This document shows, piece after piece, positions 1 to 11,254 of a stretch of DNA of 34,504 nucleotides (position 1 is its first letter; each line of letters starts with the position of its first letter). The stretch is from Octopus bimaculoides. Its lineage: Eukaryota. The notes under the pieces are model-generated. The model had not been told where the DNA came from. It searched no databases and was given only the letters and a program-made list of their open reading frames with translations. The position numbers and the translations under genes are program-made. The DNA lies in NCBI RefSeq assembly GCF_001194135.2, contig NC_068985.1, positions 88,609,094-88,643,597 on the forward strand, written 5' to 3'.

Positions 1-28
<28 letters not shown>

Positions 29-32
<4 letters not shown>

Positions 33-183
33 ACGGGCTCCTTTCCGTTTCCGTCTACGAAATCCACTCACAAGACTTTGGTCCGCCCGAGGCTATAGTA
101 GAAGACACTTGCCCAAGATGCCACGCAGTGGGACTGAACCCGGAACCATGTGGTCGGTAGGCAAGCTACTTACCACACAGCCA
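29..183 (-). mobile_element. tRNA-derived SINE (family A), full head-to-tail copy ending in the (TA)n tail at 1-28
   Basis: Reverse complement reads TGGCTGTGTGG (A box)...GGTTCAGTCCC (B box)...CTTGGGCAAGTGTCTTCTACTATAGCCTCGGG...GCCCGTCG then (TA)n. A diverged second copy lies at 21188-21345. Resembles recalled octopus SINEs. Confidence 0.85.
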
Positions 184-184
184 T

Positions 185-350
185 ATCATTTAACCCTTGG
201 TCAACTCTGATCATGCGGAACCATGATCAAAGACATTCCACCTGTGATCATTTAAAAAGTGTTTTTGTTTGTTGCTTTCTTACTTTTCGTTTGTCCTTTA
301 CTTCAAGATTAAGACAAGCAATACTTTGCTGCTATTTCTAGCAATTCGAG
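185..350 (-). mobile_element. Degenerate SINE 3' remnant
   Basis: Contains GCTGCTATTTCTAGCA, whose reverse complement resembles GCAAGAAATAGCAG at about 23107, plus a TGATCAAAGACATTCCA segment recalled from octopus SINE tails. No head seen. Confidence 0.45.
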
Positions 351-375
351 TTTCTACATTGACGCTCCAATATCT

Positions 376-758
376 CTATTGGTGAGAGTAGTGGTGGTGG
401 GGGCGTGGAGGTGTCAGTATTAGTAGTAATAGTAGTTTTAGTAGTGGCAGTAGTAACACCATCAGTAGCAGAAGCGGTAGTAGTAGCAGTAGTAGTGCTG
501 CTCCATCGCTTATTGACGCAACTGTTACTGCTGTTTCTTCACTAACTACTACTACCACCACTACCACTGCTGCTGCTGCTGCTACCGCTGCCGCTACCGC
601 TGCCGCTGCTGTGTGTTCTGGTGGCGTTGGCGTCTTCCTGTTCCAGCGCAGGAAGAGCAACGATAGAGAGAGAGGGTGTCATTGCGTTGAAGTAATCGTC
701 GAATAAATGAGGAAAGGGCAAACACAATAGAACGGAATAGACATTATGGCACTACTAT

Positions 759-816
<58 letters not shown>

Positions 817-875
817 GCTGCTGTTGCTGCTGCTGCTGCTATTGCTGCTGCTGCTGCTGCTATTGCTGCTGCTGC
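376..875. repeat. Compound trinucleotide microsatellite block (AGT/GGT/CTA/GCT; long (CTA)n grading into (CTG)n at about 750-875)
   Basis: Directly visible; explains the poly-Ala/Val/Ser/Leu ORFs in the ORF track. Confidence 0.95.
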
Positions 876-1008
876 AGTTATTTTATTGTTGTAACTTTTT
901 TGATTTTAATGCATTCATTTTAAGATAATGATATTTGTAACGGTGATGCGGTAGTTGTTGGCGTCCTTTGCAATAATAAAAAATAAACTAGAGTAGAAAA
1001 TACAGACA

Positions 1009-1385
1009 GTGATGATGACGACGACTATGATGATGATAATGATGGTGAGAATGGTGATGGTGGTGGTCGTGGTGGTCATGTTGTTGATGATAATGATAGC
1101 TATGATGATGGTGGCGATGACGACTACGACGATGTTGATGATATTGATGACGACTACGATGGGGTTGGATTCGGTTCTGGTGGTGGTGGTGTGGATGACG
1201 ACGACGACGACGACGATGATGATTAGGAGGAGAATTATGATGATGATGGTGTTGATGATGGTGTTAGTTGTGGTGGTAAGATTTGTGATTATGATGAAAA
1301 TGGCTATTAAGATGGTAGCTATTAAGATGGTAGCAGTGATGCTGCTGATGCTGATGATGATGATGATGATTACGATGATGGTATA
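1009..1385. repeat. Degenerate (GAT/GAC/GGT)n trinucleotide array
   Basis: Directly visible; gives Met/Val/Thr-rich and Ile/Thr-rich pseudo-ORFs on the two strands. Confidence 0.95.
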
Positions 1386-1544
1386 TTGTCGTTGCTGCTG
1401 TAGTGTTCTAACATCTGTTGTCTTCTCTTTGTCCTCCCACAATTTATTCAGTACGTGATGCTATAACAAATTACTCACCACCGAAGCTCATATTGATGTG
1501 ATACCTTTAATTACACACTGGTAATTAAGATAATAATCGATCTT

Positions 1545-1800
1545 TCAAACTCTTCTTCTTCTTCTTTATCTTCTTCCAGTTCTTTTTCTTCTTTTTCTTT
1601 CTCTACATATGTTGCTTCTTCCTCTTTCTCTTCCATTTCGCCCCCTTCTGACTTTTATCTTGTTCTTTATTTCCTCTCTTTTAATCTAATAGTTTTTTTT
1701 CTTCTTTTGTAATCTCCTAACTTGTATTCTTCACTATGTTCTTGTTTTCCTCTTCTCTATGTTATCATCATCATCGTCACCACCATCACCACCATCATGA
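1545..1800. repeat. CT-rich low-complexity tract ending in (CAT/CAC)n
   Basis: Directly visible pyrimidine-rich (CTT)-like sequence. Confidence 0.85.
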
Positions 1801-1939
1801 CGGTCCCGTTTATTAGTCGATCCTAGCTAAATGATCAGCCCACCACTGCTTTTAATGGGGAAGGACATGGAAGTATATCCCGTGTGGAGTGATTATGGTG
1901 AAACAGGTTGTCTGGTTATGAAAAAGCAAATCTAAAATG

Positions 1940-2245
1940 TCATTCCGTCAGTTACGACGATGATTTTTCCGGATGATCCGATCAACGGAACAACCTGCTC
2001 GAGAAATAAAGGTACAAGAGGCTACGCACTCTACAGAAACGTATTTTTCAGGAGATACTGTGTAACACAAATTGCGAGAAGGCTGGCCCTTTGAATTACA
2101 ACTCATTTTTGCTACTTAAATGGAGTGGAACAGCATCTAATAAAGTGTCTTGCTCAAGGATCAAAGACACATCGCATCTCAGTAAATCAAACTCACGACC
2201 TAACTAACATCAACCGAATACGCTAACCACGAAGCCACGTGCTCT
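1940..2245 (-). mobile_element. tRNA-derived SINE (family B head joined to a 3' module shared with the copy at 31253)
   Basis: Minus strand: GTGGCTTCGTGGTTAG A-box-like head, TCCTTGAGCAAGACACTTT central motif, then 3' module GAGCAGGTTGTTCCGTTGATCGGATC...TCGTCGTAACTGACGG matching 31525-31588. Confidence 0.8.
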
Positions 2246-2249
2246 TTCA

Positions 2250-2905
2250 CGGGTTCTGTGGTGGACGAGGTTGAGAAAGATTGAGGAGAGGCAATTTAAC
2301 CTGTACAGGAAGATGCGAAAAAGCAGGTATCAGTGGTTAAGCACTCTGCCTGAATCAGACAGTGGTAAGCATATCTGTCGGTCGGAAGCTGGAGCACAGC
2401 AATAAAGCAGTGATTACGCCCTCGCTTACAAGCTGAGCATGGTCCTTACTTGTTCCTTGACGGAACCAATTTTGAAATTCTCCTTTACAAGGAAGACTAA
2501 ATCTATATGTTCACACGGTTTGTATGTGCCTTTATCTTACTCGTAGCTGCCTAGTTGTTGAACCACATTCACCAATTACCAGAGTTCCTGCGAGACTTGC
2601 CCAATTCCTCCACCTCTTATGTAAGACATTTTCGCGATATTTCTTAATTTCTTTGTTCACCAATTTATTGTCATGTGTTATTGCATAATCAACAACTTAA
2701 TCTTCTTTTGTCTTTGTAATCATATCAGGTCAGTCTTTGTAGAGAAACCCCATTAAACCTTGTCAATGCTATTCTCTGCCACAACACCCATACCACCTTT
2801 GTAACAATTTCACTTCTCACAATCGGCTAACGTTACTGTCCAATCTTTGACCTATACAGTCAAAACTGTGCTTATACTCTTTCTCATGTTTGCCTATAGC
2901 ATTCG
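2250..2905 (-). mobile_element. Degenerate 3' end of an RLE-type (R4/Dong-like) non-LTR retrotransposon: restriction-like endonuclease domain plus probable 3' UTR
   Basis: Manual minus-strand translation with stops and frameshifts: KEYKHSFDCIGQR...VVAENSIDKV*WGFSTKTD...PDMITKTKED*VVDYAITHDNKLVNKEIKKY...VIGECG...VRTMLSL*. This follows the recalled RLE pattern KEYKRRHD / WDFxIQTD / PD / IDxAxxxD / KxxKY / VIGALG. Confidence 0.7.
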
Positions 2906-3115
2906 CCTCAACAAATAATTCATATTCTCGTCACATTCCCCACAAATATTGCAATGAAATAATTTTTGTAACGTTCTTGCTAACGTTATTGTTAATTTTG
3001 TCGTAGATGTGGTTGTAGTGATTGATGGTTGTTGAGTTTTTTGTAGTTATACTTAATGTTATTATTACCATTGATTCATACGTATAATTATTGTTATTTG
3101 TATCAAGAGTAGTAA

Positions 3116-3303
3116 TAAGGCAGGGAGCTGGAAGAACCGTTAGTAGGCCGGGCAAAATTATCAGCTGCATTTCGTCCGGCTATACATTCTGAGTTAAAAT
3201 TTCATCGCATCAGGGTGGATAATATAAGACAAACACTGTGGTTGATGTATTCGACTAGCTTCCCATCACACATTTTTGGCCCTGTGCTATAATTTGAAAC
3301 TAA
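3116..3303 (+). mobile_element. SINE family C copy (internally shortened)
   Basis: TAAGGCAGGGAGCTGGAAGAACCGTTAG...ATTTCGTCC...TTCTGAGTTAAAAT; similar to copies at 3352-3562 (-) and 5361-5550 (+). Confidence 0.8.
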
Positions 3304-3351
3304 TCACAATGAAACGCTAGTATATCATTACCTTAAAATTGAATATAATAA

Positions 3352-3562
3352 TATTGATTTTAAACTATGTCACATGGCCAGCAATTTCAGGTGAGGTGGT
3401 AAATCAATTGCAGTAATCAATTGGTATTCATTTTATCGACCTCGAGAGGGTACGAAGAGCATAGTCGACAGCGGTCGCATTTGAACTCAGAACATGAAGA
3501 TGGACGAAATACTGCTAAGTATTTTAACTGGTGTGCTAGCAATTCTGCCAGCCCTACACCTA
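3352..3562 (-). mobile_element. SINE family C copy, inverted relative to 3116-3303 and 5361-5550
   Basis: Reverse complement: GGGCTGGCAGAATTGCTAGCAC...ATTTCGTCCATCTTCATGTTCTGAGTTCAAAT...GTCGAC...GGTCGATAAAATGAATACCA. Confidence 0.8.
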
Positions 3563-3833
3563 AATGTTTATTAACGAGGAGATCAGGGACAGACCTGGAG
3601 AGATGTTCGTCGTCGCAGAATGCAACTACGCAAAGTTACGAAGCGCCGGTAATGTCACACGTTTCAAAAGCCCACGGTGGGTCCATGCAGTTGCCAAATG
3701 TTACCCGCGAGAACGAAAGAGACCACACGGAAGACCTCCGGTCTGGTGGGAATATGATTGAAAGAAGATGTTTGGAAAAACGTGGAGGAGAATGGTGAGA
3801 GCAGCAGGGAAATGGAATAAATGTTGTGTCAAG
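3563..3833 (+). mobile_element. RTE-clade LINE ORF2 C-terminal fragment, degenerate
   Basis: Translation INEEIRDR...KLRSAGNVTRFKSPRWVHAVAKCYPRERKRPHGRPPVWWEYD*KKMFGKTWRR...KWT* matches the recalled RTE C-terminal pattern NEEIR..WAGHVxR..RW..WYPRxxKRPRGRPxxRW. Confidence 0.65.
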
Positions 3834-3890
3834 TGGACATGACTCGGTACCAGACAACCTAACCAATTCAGGTGAATATATTATTTGTAG

Positions 3891-3978
3891 TTACTGAAAT
3901 TTATACACGTTGTACCCGAAACTCAAATACCTATTGTCAAGAGATAAAAAATGTGTTTGTATCCAAGGATGGTAATAG
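3891..3978 (+). CDS. Candidate coding exon, TNFR-like cysteine-rich half-domain (possible TNF-receptor-superfamily gene)
   Basis: Acceptor TTATTTGTAG|3891; donors G|GTAATA (end 3971, phase 1-1) or AG|GTAAGT (end 3978). The only open frame is xTEIYTRCTRNSNTYCQEIKNVFVSKD; CTxxSNTxC is typical of the end of TNFR CRDs. A short match, unverified. Confidence 0.35.
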
Positions 3979-4855
3979 GTAAGTAAGTTGCTATGCAGCC
4001 AGTCACTGATAGTTTTGTCATAGATTGAAATAAAAACTTTTGGTGCGATATTTGCCGGAATTTTAAAAATGGCATTCCTTGAAGACTTTTTCATTTTGGA
4101 TATCACTATAAACTTTTAAAAGTATTCTTTTAAATGATTGCCCTACTAAACTAGCCACTAGTTGGGTTGTTGGTGGATGAATCGATGGATGGATATAACA
4201 GAAATCAAATGAACACTGCTTTACATGATACTTACATGTTAACACTTAACATTCAGTGTGCTGTAAAACCACGAGGATGCTGCTTTACACATTATGTAGA
4301 ACACTCCATCGGTTTACAATTTTATAATCATTAGGAACATGGACGCGTTCCAGAATATATTTTGTGAATGGATGAATATGGACTAAATTTACGCCTAGCA
4401 ATGCACGGATTAGGAGATTTATTATATCGTATAGCATAAATATTTTAGTTATCTGATTAATTCACGCATTTGGTCGCATTTCAATACTACATAAACAAAA
4501 AACCAAGGATATCATAAGAAGGGTGATATTAACGCAATAATACCATCACGGAACAGAAATGTTATTTCTTAAAACATTCAAAATATTTATATCGTAAAAC
4601 GTTGTGTTAGTCTGAGAAATCAAAAACAGATTATCTCTCAAATTTGTGCCAAAATATTGTAGGAAACAGAATTGTTCCTCTCTTTATGTTCTTTCTATGA
4701 AATTCCTTGAGTTGGTAGGATGCCTAATGGTGTTATTACATTCTCGCATTTCCATAATCATAATGAATTTCTTACATTTTCCATTGCATAACAATATTGA
4801 AACGATTCCTGGAATAAACACTATTTGCAATGTGCGTTTTTCGCTTACTGCTAAG

Positions 4856-5110
4856 CAGTTGTTCTCAACCAGAGTTATAGAAACATTGGGAGTTCATAGA
4901 CATTTCATTGTTTAAATTTATGGTAAATAAATTGGTTATATTTTTACGATATACAAGATATTTCAACATTTTATTTTATGATTCCGAGAAATATATAATT
5001 ATAGATATACAATATGGATTTCCTGTATAAAACGAATGTTGATGGAGAGGCAGTAAATCAAAAGAGGAAAGAAAGGGGTCCATAGGGAAAAAATTGTTTG
5101 AGAGCCATTA
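4856..5110. mobile_element. Probable hAT (Charlie-like) MITE, degenerate
   Basis: Ends CAGTTGTTCTCAACC... and ...GTTTGAGAGCCATTA form imperfect TIRs resembling the CAGTGGTTCTCAACC type. The right flank CCCTAGGG resembles a hAT target; the TSD is not clean. Confidence 0.45.
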
Positions 5111-5360
5111 CCCTAGGGGTGAGTGTGGATCAGCGTGGTGCTCACTCGACGTCTATTGGATCCCATAATTTAATTTTATAATTAATAGTCCAACCTTTTT
5201 TTCAATAGTATATACAACCTAAGTATGTGTCATTCGAGTGGGCGTTGTTTTAAAAGCTATCAACGCAATGTATTTTAATAAAATGCATGGAAGAAGACAA
5301 TTTTTTAAAGGATTTAACTGTAGAAGATATTGAATTTTGGGAAAATATTATTTCCCTGTG

Positions 5361-5550
5361 TACGGCTGCGATCTTATAGAATCGTTAGCAGACCGGGAAA
5401 AATATTTAGCGACATTCCTTCCGTCTTTACGTTCTGAGTTCACATTTGGTCGAGGTCGATTCTGCCTCCCATCCTTTTCCAAGATCGATAAAATAAATAC
5501 CAGTTGAACATAGGTGGCGATGTTATCGACATACGGAATTTCAAATCAAT
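5361..5550 (+). mobile_element. SINE family C copy
   Basis: AGAATCGTTAGCAGACCGGG...TCCGTCTTTACGTTCTGAGTTCACATTTGGTCGAGGTCGA...GATCGATAAAATAAATACCAGTTGA. Confidence 0.8.
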
Positions 5551-5984
5551 ATTATACAATGTAAATGCTATAAGTTATATCCGATTGGTCTATGCTCAAT
5601 GTGCAGCATACAATTTATTCTCTCTCGATGTTTGGCAATTCTGGTTGAATCTCTGGCAGTTCTGCACACATATCCTCTAATAAAAAACGGTGGACAGCCA
5701 TAGAAAGTGTAATTAATTGCTACTTTCCGTCTAACATATATTCTGCTATTACGTAAGGTATTTTACTTTGGTATATGTGGGTATTTACTAATAGAAACAA
5801 TATCATCCTGTTGGGATTGAGTTGAGGTTAAATACCAAGAAGAGGTTTTAATACCACTATTGTAGTGGTGTAAACATATTCTGTATTGGAGCATGTATGT
5901 GTTTTTATGCATATGAGTATGAAGATCGAAACATAAAAATGTAAAAATAAATATGAATATATATATGTATATATNNNNNNNNNN

Positions 5985-6299
5985 TAAATTTTCATATTCA
6001 AAAGAGACAGAGACTTCAAATTCGATATATCGATTTATTCACCACTCTATGTTAACATTTATGTGCCAAACGTATCCAGTGACTGGAGATCCTAACGAGA
6101 TCCTAAAGACTTAATAATAGTTGTGTATGTGTTTCTTCGTGTTTTGTTCGAAAGGTAACCACTCCTGAAGAAGTGCCAAATGTCTAAATCCAATGGACCA
6201 GTCACTGGATACGTTTGGCACAGAAATGTTAACATAGAGTGGTGAATAAATCGATATATCGAATTTGAAGTCTCTGTCTCTTTTGAATATGAAAATTTA
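5985..6299. repeat. 102-bp inverted repeat (arms 5985-6086 and 6198-6299, 1 mismatch, 111-bp spacer)
   Basis: Base-by-base comparison: the right arm equals the reverse complement of the left arm except CACAG versus CACAT. Confidence 0.95.
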
Positions 6300-6418
6300 A
6301 AAGTTTAAAAATCTTATAATATAAATATAGACTGTGAGAACGACCCTTAAGGAATCTAGTTAATGATCTCCTAAGGTAAGCTCTTATGCTATATTTGTAA
6401 CAGTTGCTACATCCTCTG

Positions 6419-7267
6419 NNNNNNNNNNNNNNNNNNNNNNNNNNNNNNNNNNNNNNNNNNNNNNNNNNNNNNNNNNNNNNNNNNNNNNNNNNNNNNNNNN
6501 NNNNNNNNNNNNNNNNNNNNNNNNNNNNNNNNNNNNNNNNNNNNNNNNNNNNNNNNNNNNNNNNNNNNNNNNNNNNNNNNNNNNNNNNNNNNNNNNNNNN
6601 NNNNNNNNNNNNNNNNNNNNNNNNNNNNNNNNNNNNNNNNNNNNNNNNNNNNNNNNNNNNNNNNNNNNNNNNNNNNNNNNNNNNNNNNNNNNNNNNNNNN
6701 NNNNNNNNNNNNNNNNNNNNNNNNNNNNNNNNNNNNNNNNNNNNNNNNNNNNNNNNNNNNNNNNNNNNNNNNNNNNNNNNNNNNNNNNNNNNNNNNNNNN
6801 NNNNNNNNNNNNNNNNNNNNNNNNNNNNNNNNNNNNNNNNNNNNNNNNNNNNNNNNNNNNNNNNNNNNNNNNNNNNNNNNNNNNNNNNNNNNNNNNNNNN
6901 NNNNNNNNNNNNNNNNNNNNNNNNNNNNNNNNNNNNNNNNNNNNNNNNNNNNNNNNNNNNNNNNNNNNNNNNNNNNNNNNNNNNNNNNNNNNNNNNNNNN
7001 NNNNNNNNNNNNNNNNNNNNNNNNNNNNNNNNNNNNNNNNNNNNNNNNNNNNNNNNNNNNNNNNNNNNNNNNNNNNNNNNNNNNNNNNNNNNNNNNNNNN
7101 NNNNNNNNNNNNNNNNNNNNNNNNNNNNNNNNNNNNNNNNNNNNNNNNNNNNNNNNNNNNNNNNNNNNNNNNNNNNNNNNNNNNNNNNNNNNNNNNNNNN
7201 NNNNNNNNNNNNNNNNNNNNNNNNNNNNNNNNNNNNNNNNNNNNNNNNNNNNNNNNNNNNNNNNNNN
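6419..7267. other. Assembly gap (largest). Other gaps: 5975-5984, 10973-11099, 12115-12372, 13326-13965, 14232-14633, 15946-16093, 29004-29071, 33897-33906
   Basis: Runs of N, mostly bordered by microsatellites; all poly-X ORFs are artefacts of these gaps. Confidence 0.99.
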
Positions 7268-7271
7268 ATAA

Positions 7272-7302
<31 letters not shown>

Positions 7303-7316
7303 TATTTATACATATG

Positions 7317-7357
<41 letters not shown>

Positions 7358-7741
7358 TTACATATACGCATATGTTTGTGTATGTATGTATATGTCTTGC
7401 GTCTGTACCTGTGTGTGTGCAGATAAGTAGGTCAATATATATGCTAAATGCAATAATTACGCAGGCCTAAATTTGAGCGTCATCCTAGAGTGACATTCTC
7501 TGTACCTTTTTTTCCGCTTTCGTGTTTAGCATTTCATCTGCTAGTTATGTTGTCGCCTTTTAGTCTCACAGTTATCTGTTATAGCACTTTCTTTTATATT
7601 TGTTTGCTTACCCGAATAATCTGATAATAATCACCTTCATACATTTGCCCCTATTTTGTAACATATGATATAATTTTCTTAGTGTGTATTTATTAGATAT
7701 CTATTTTTAGTAAGTGCGAATATTTCATAATGATTTTTTAG

Positions 7742-7772
7742 ACCCAGGGGCAAGTGATCATCTGTATTCAAG
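7742..7772 (+). CDS. Candidate 31-nt micro-exon (DPGASDHLYS in phase 1-2)
   Basis: TGATTTTTTAG|ACCC...TCAAG|GTAAAT; its phase would join to the candidate exon at 11853. Splice-signal evidence only. Confidence 0.2.
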
Positions 7773-10700
7773 GTAAATGTATAACGTCTTAGTCATATTT
7801 TGTCTGGTATGTTAAAAAATGAATTCATTGATGCATATTACTGAAAAAAAAAAATAATTATCGAGAAAATTTATCTAGAATATTCTTTCAAAACTTTCCT
7901 TTCATATGTGCGTGTTGTGATATGTCTAGTTCATTAATTCCTAAATATTTGCAAGTCTGCATTCACTCGAATTATTATAATATTTATGTTTCCTTATGTA
8001 ACATGATATTAGCTTTCTTAATTAACTTTCCGACTTTCATTGTTACCTTAGCGTATTTGTCTAATCCGAATATTCATATCAATGTAGTAAATCTCTTTAC
8101 GGTCTGTAGCAGAGTTTTAATTGTCTACCGTCTGCAGCGTATAGCTTGACGTATTCCATATTCACAGATGTGACTAATTTTCCTCGCATAACATTTTATC
8201 CGAGACTAGTCTGGTTTAATAGTGTTTTTGATATTTGTTAACATCAGATGGAAACAACCACGGGCAGAGTGAGTAACGTGAGGATGTTATTCTTTTAAAT
8301 ATTACGTTAGGTATTTTTACCCCTCCACATACATACACACATGTAACCACCTCTAATATGTTACTCATTTTATTGTGATGTGTCCAATGTTTCTAATACA
8401 TATTTCAAAATTTATTGAGACATAGGTATTCCTGACTGCTACTGAGAAATGCTACCCAGAACAACTTCTCCCTCACATTCGTTGTCAACAAACGTGTTCC
8501 CGTTTACTGGTCTTCATTTATGGTTTTGATTGTTTGATGAGGTATGCATGTCTAAGACTAAAGTGCTGGAATGTCTTCTAAGCTGGTAGGAACGGAATTA
8601 TGTCGACGAATAATGACCAACTAGAATGCTATCGGGTAATATCATCCGTAAAAACGGAATCGGCTATGAAAGCTATATATCAATATCTGAGGTATTTTCT
8701 GGCAAGGTGAACATCACGGCAAAGACTCTTCCACAGATCCCTAGGAGACATTTATTTATATCCTCCAATTGTTCCTTTCATACGATGTTAACAATATCCG
8801 ACAAAGGAGATATCTCCCCGTCTATTAGCCTCATGAGCACATCACGTGATATCACAACCGGCCTCATTTATCATTTTATTTTATCTCGAAATGTACTGTC
8901 CATCGTTTATGTATTTTCAGTGGTCATATTCGAGTTAATGTTTTCAAGCAGTAAACGATATTTATAAATATTCACCGGGAAGAATAATGTCTCAAAAGTG
9001 ACTCATTGAAGAGTTGCGCACAAGGTTTTCGCTAGGTTATACAAAACGTAATCCCTTCTTATAATTACTGCGGAAAGAATTAGAAACCGTCGTATATTGG
9101 TAAATTCTTGAAGTTACTTTTTAACAGCGAATAGCAATTTTGAATCTCCGATGTTCTTGCGGTAGTTATCCTTTCTACAGACATATCCAGGAAAACTGTT
9201 CCTTTTATTCCCTGACAAACGATTTTTACTTACTTTGAAGTTCATGCTAATACGCTTCAAATTCTAATTTCCGACAGTTTTCTTTAAATTATTGTGGTCA
9301 GCGACGCAAAACGTATCATTTTGAAATATGGAAAGCATATGTTTTTGAAAATCACACTTTTCGAAATTAGTGTCACTTTCAGTTCTGTAGCTGTTACATT
9401 TTATCTCTTACTTGTTTCAATAATTGGTCTGCGGTCGTGCTATCGCATTTCATATCAAAAATAATATTCCATATTTTAGATATTCAGTCTGGTGTCTGCC
9501 AGTTCTCGTGATAAAATGATGAATTAAAATAGAATACTATAAAACCATATGAAGAAATCTTCAAATAATTACTGTGAATATGGTGACAATATACCTAGAT
9601 AATGAAGCAAATGCAGTAATTCAATGATGCTAACATTTCCGACCCCCCCCCCCAAAAAAAAAAGAAAGAAAAATTATTTCGTATGTAACCGCTCAATAAT
9701 GCTAGACACACATTGGGATTAAGCTTATCGCCATAAAAGATACAGAAATATCGCCAATCTCTCGTCAAATAAGAAATCTAACATAAAATTCACTACTGGC
9801 ACACAGTAAAAGTAAATATTATCTACAAAAGTTTTCTGAAAAATTACAATATATATTATACCTGCATTACCGACAAAGAAAATTTTATATCAGTAAACGT
9901 TTTCGTATTTCTAGGAAAGTAAAATCATGAATCCTTCTTGAAAGTATATACATGTAAAACATATAAAATATGTGAAACATATCTATACTTGGTATTAGAT
10001 ACATTGACGAAAATTTCATCTGGCAAATAAAATATCGCATATCCGAATCAACGAAAGACAAAGCATATATATTAGAGGAACACCAATAAATGTCTATGAA
10101 ACAAATTCTGAAACACTACCGCCATATTTTTAGAATCAAAATCACATTCATAATACCTAACTTACACGAAAGAAGACAAATATTATTCAGGTAACAAAAA
10201 ACTAGAACCTGAGCAGAATTTTCAAGAACATGGTAAGACTAAAACTTACTGAAAATGTAACTTTTCGAACTAATGTCAAATATTTTCGAACTAATGTCAA
10301 ATATTTTCTTAAAATACCTGAAAATATTAAATACGCAGAGAAATGAAGAGAAACGTCTCACAAAATGTAGTTCTGTTTTAACACGAAACGAAATATATTA
10401 GGGAAAGAAAGGCGACGAGAAAATAACAAATTACCCAGTTGAAAATATTCTGCCAACAACACACCACGACTGCGTTATGTATACAGAGACACCAGATATT
10501 GTTTAAACTCCTTTCCCAAAATTCATATCATGAGTGACTCATTTAATTTATTTAAGCAAATTGCTTGCATGCACCAAATGTTACTTTTCCCCAACCCTAA
10601 TATTTTACAATCAACTATTACAGGTATTTCACATTTAACAATCTAATTTTTATATTAATAATAATGATATCTCCAATATTTCCAGTATTATAAACATAGT

Positions 10701-11254
10701 AATTAAGCGGAAATAATCTGCAACACCGACGTAAAAGATATGCAACCTGAGGGGAAAATTGAAGAACATAACAGCTGGTGTTTATAGAAGTGTTTAATAT
10801 TAATATACTGACAGAATAGGAAAATACAATTTTATAATAGCATAATATTGTTTAATATAAAAAGAAACATAGTTACCTTGACATGGATTAAGTAGCTCCA
10901 AATGATCAGTAATTTATGTCTTTGATTTCTCATGAAATATTGTCTCCTGTCTCGTACATATATTATATATATNNNNNNNNNNNNNNNNNNNNNNNNNNNN
11001 NNNNNNNNNNNNNNNNNNNNNNNNNNNNNNNNNNNNNNNNNNNNNNNNNNNNNNNNNNNNNNNNNNNNNNNNNNNNNNNNNNNNNNNNNNNNNNNNNNNA
11101 TATATATATATATATATACACACGCAATAATTTGATGGGTACCAAAGCCTTGTGTTTTGAAAATGGAAATAGCAATTTCCAGTAAAACGAGCTTCACTTA
11201 AACAGGGTCCAATACCAGTTCATATACATACATACATACATACATACATACATA

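Noticed and set aside
2252-2375. + strand open frame ending at a GTAAGC donor (…STLPESDSG)
   Set aside because: No convincing acceptor; better explained as the antisense of the RLE-LINE 3' UTR.
8626-8967. 113-aa ORF in complex sequence
   Set aside because: No recognisable motif on either strand; the antisense frame has several stops.
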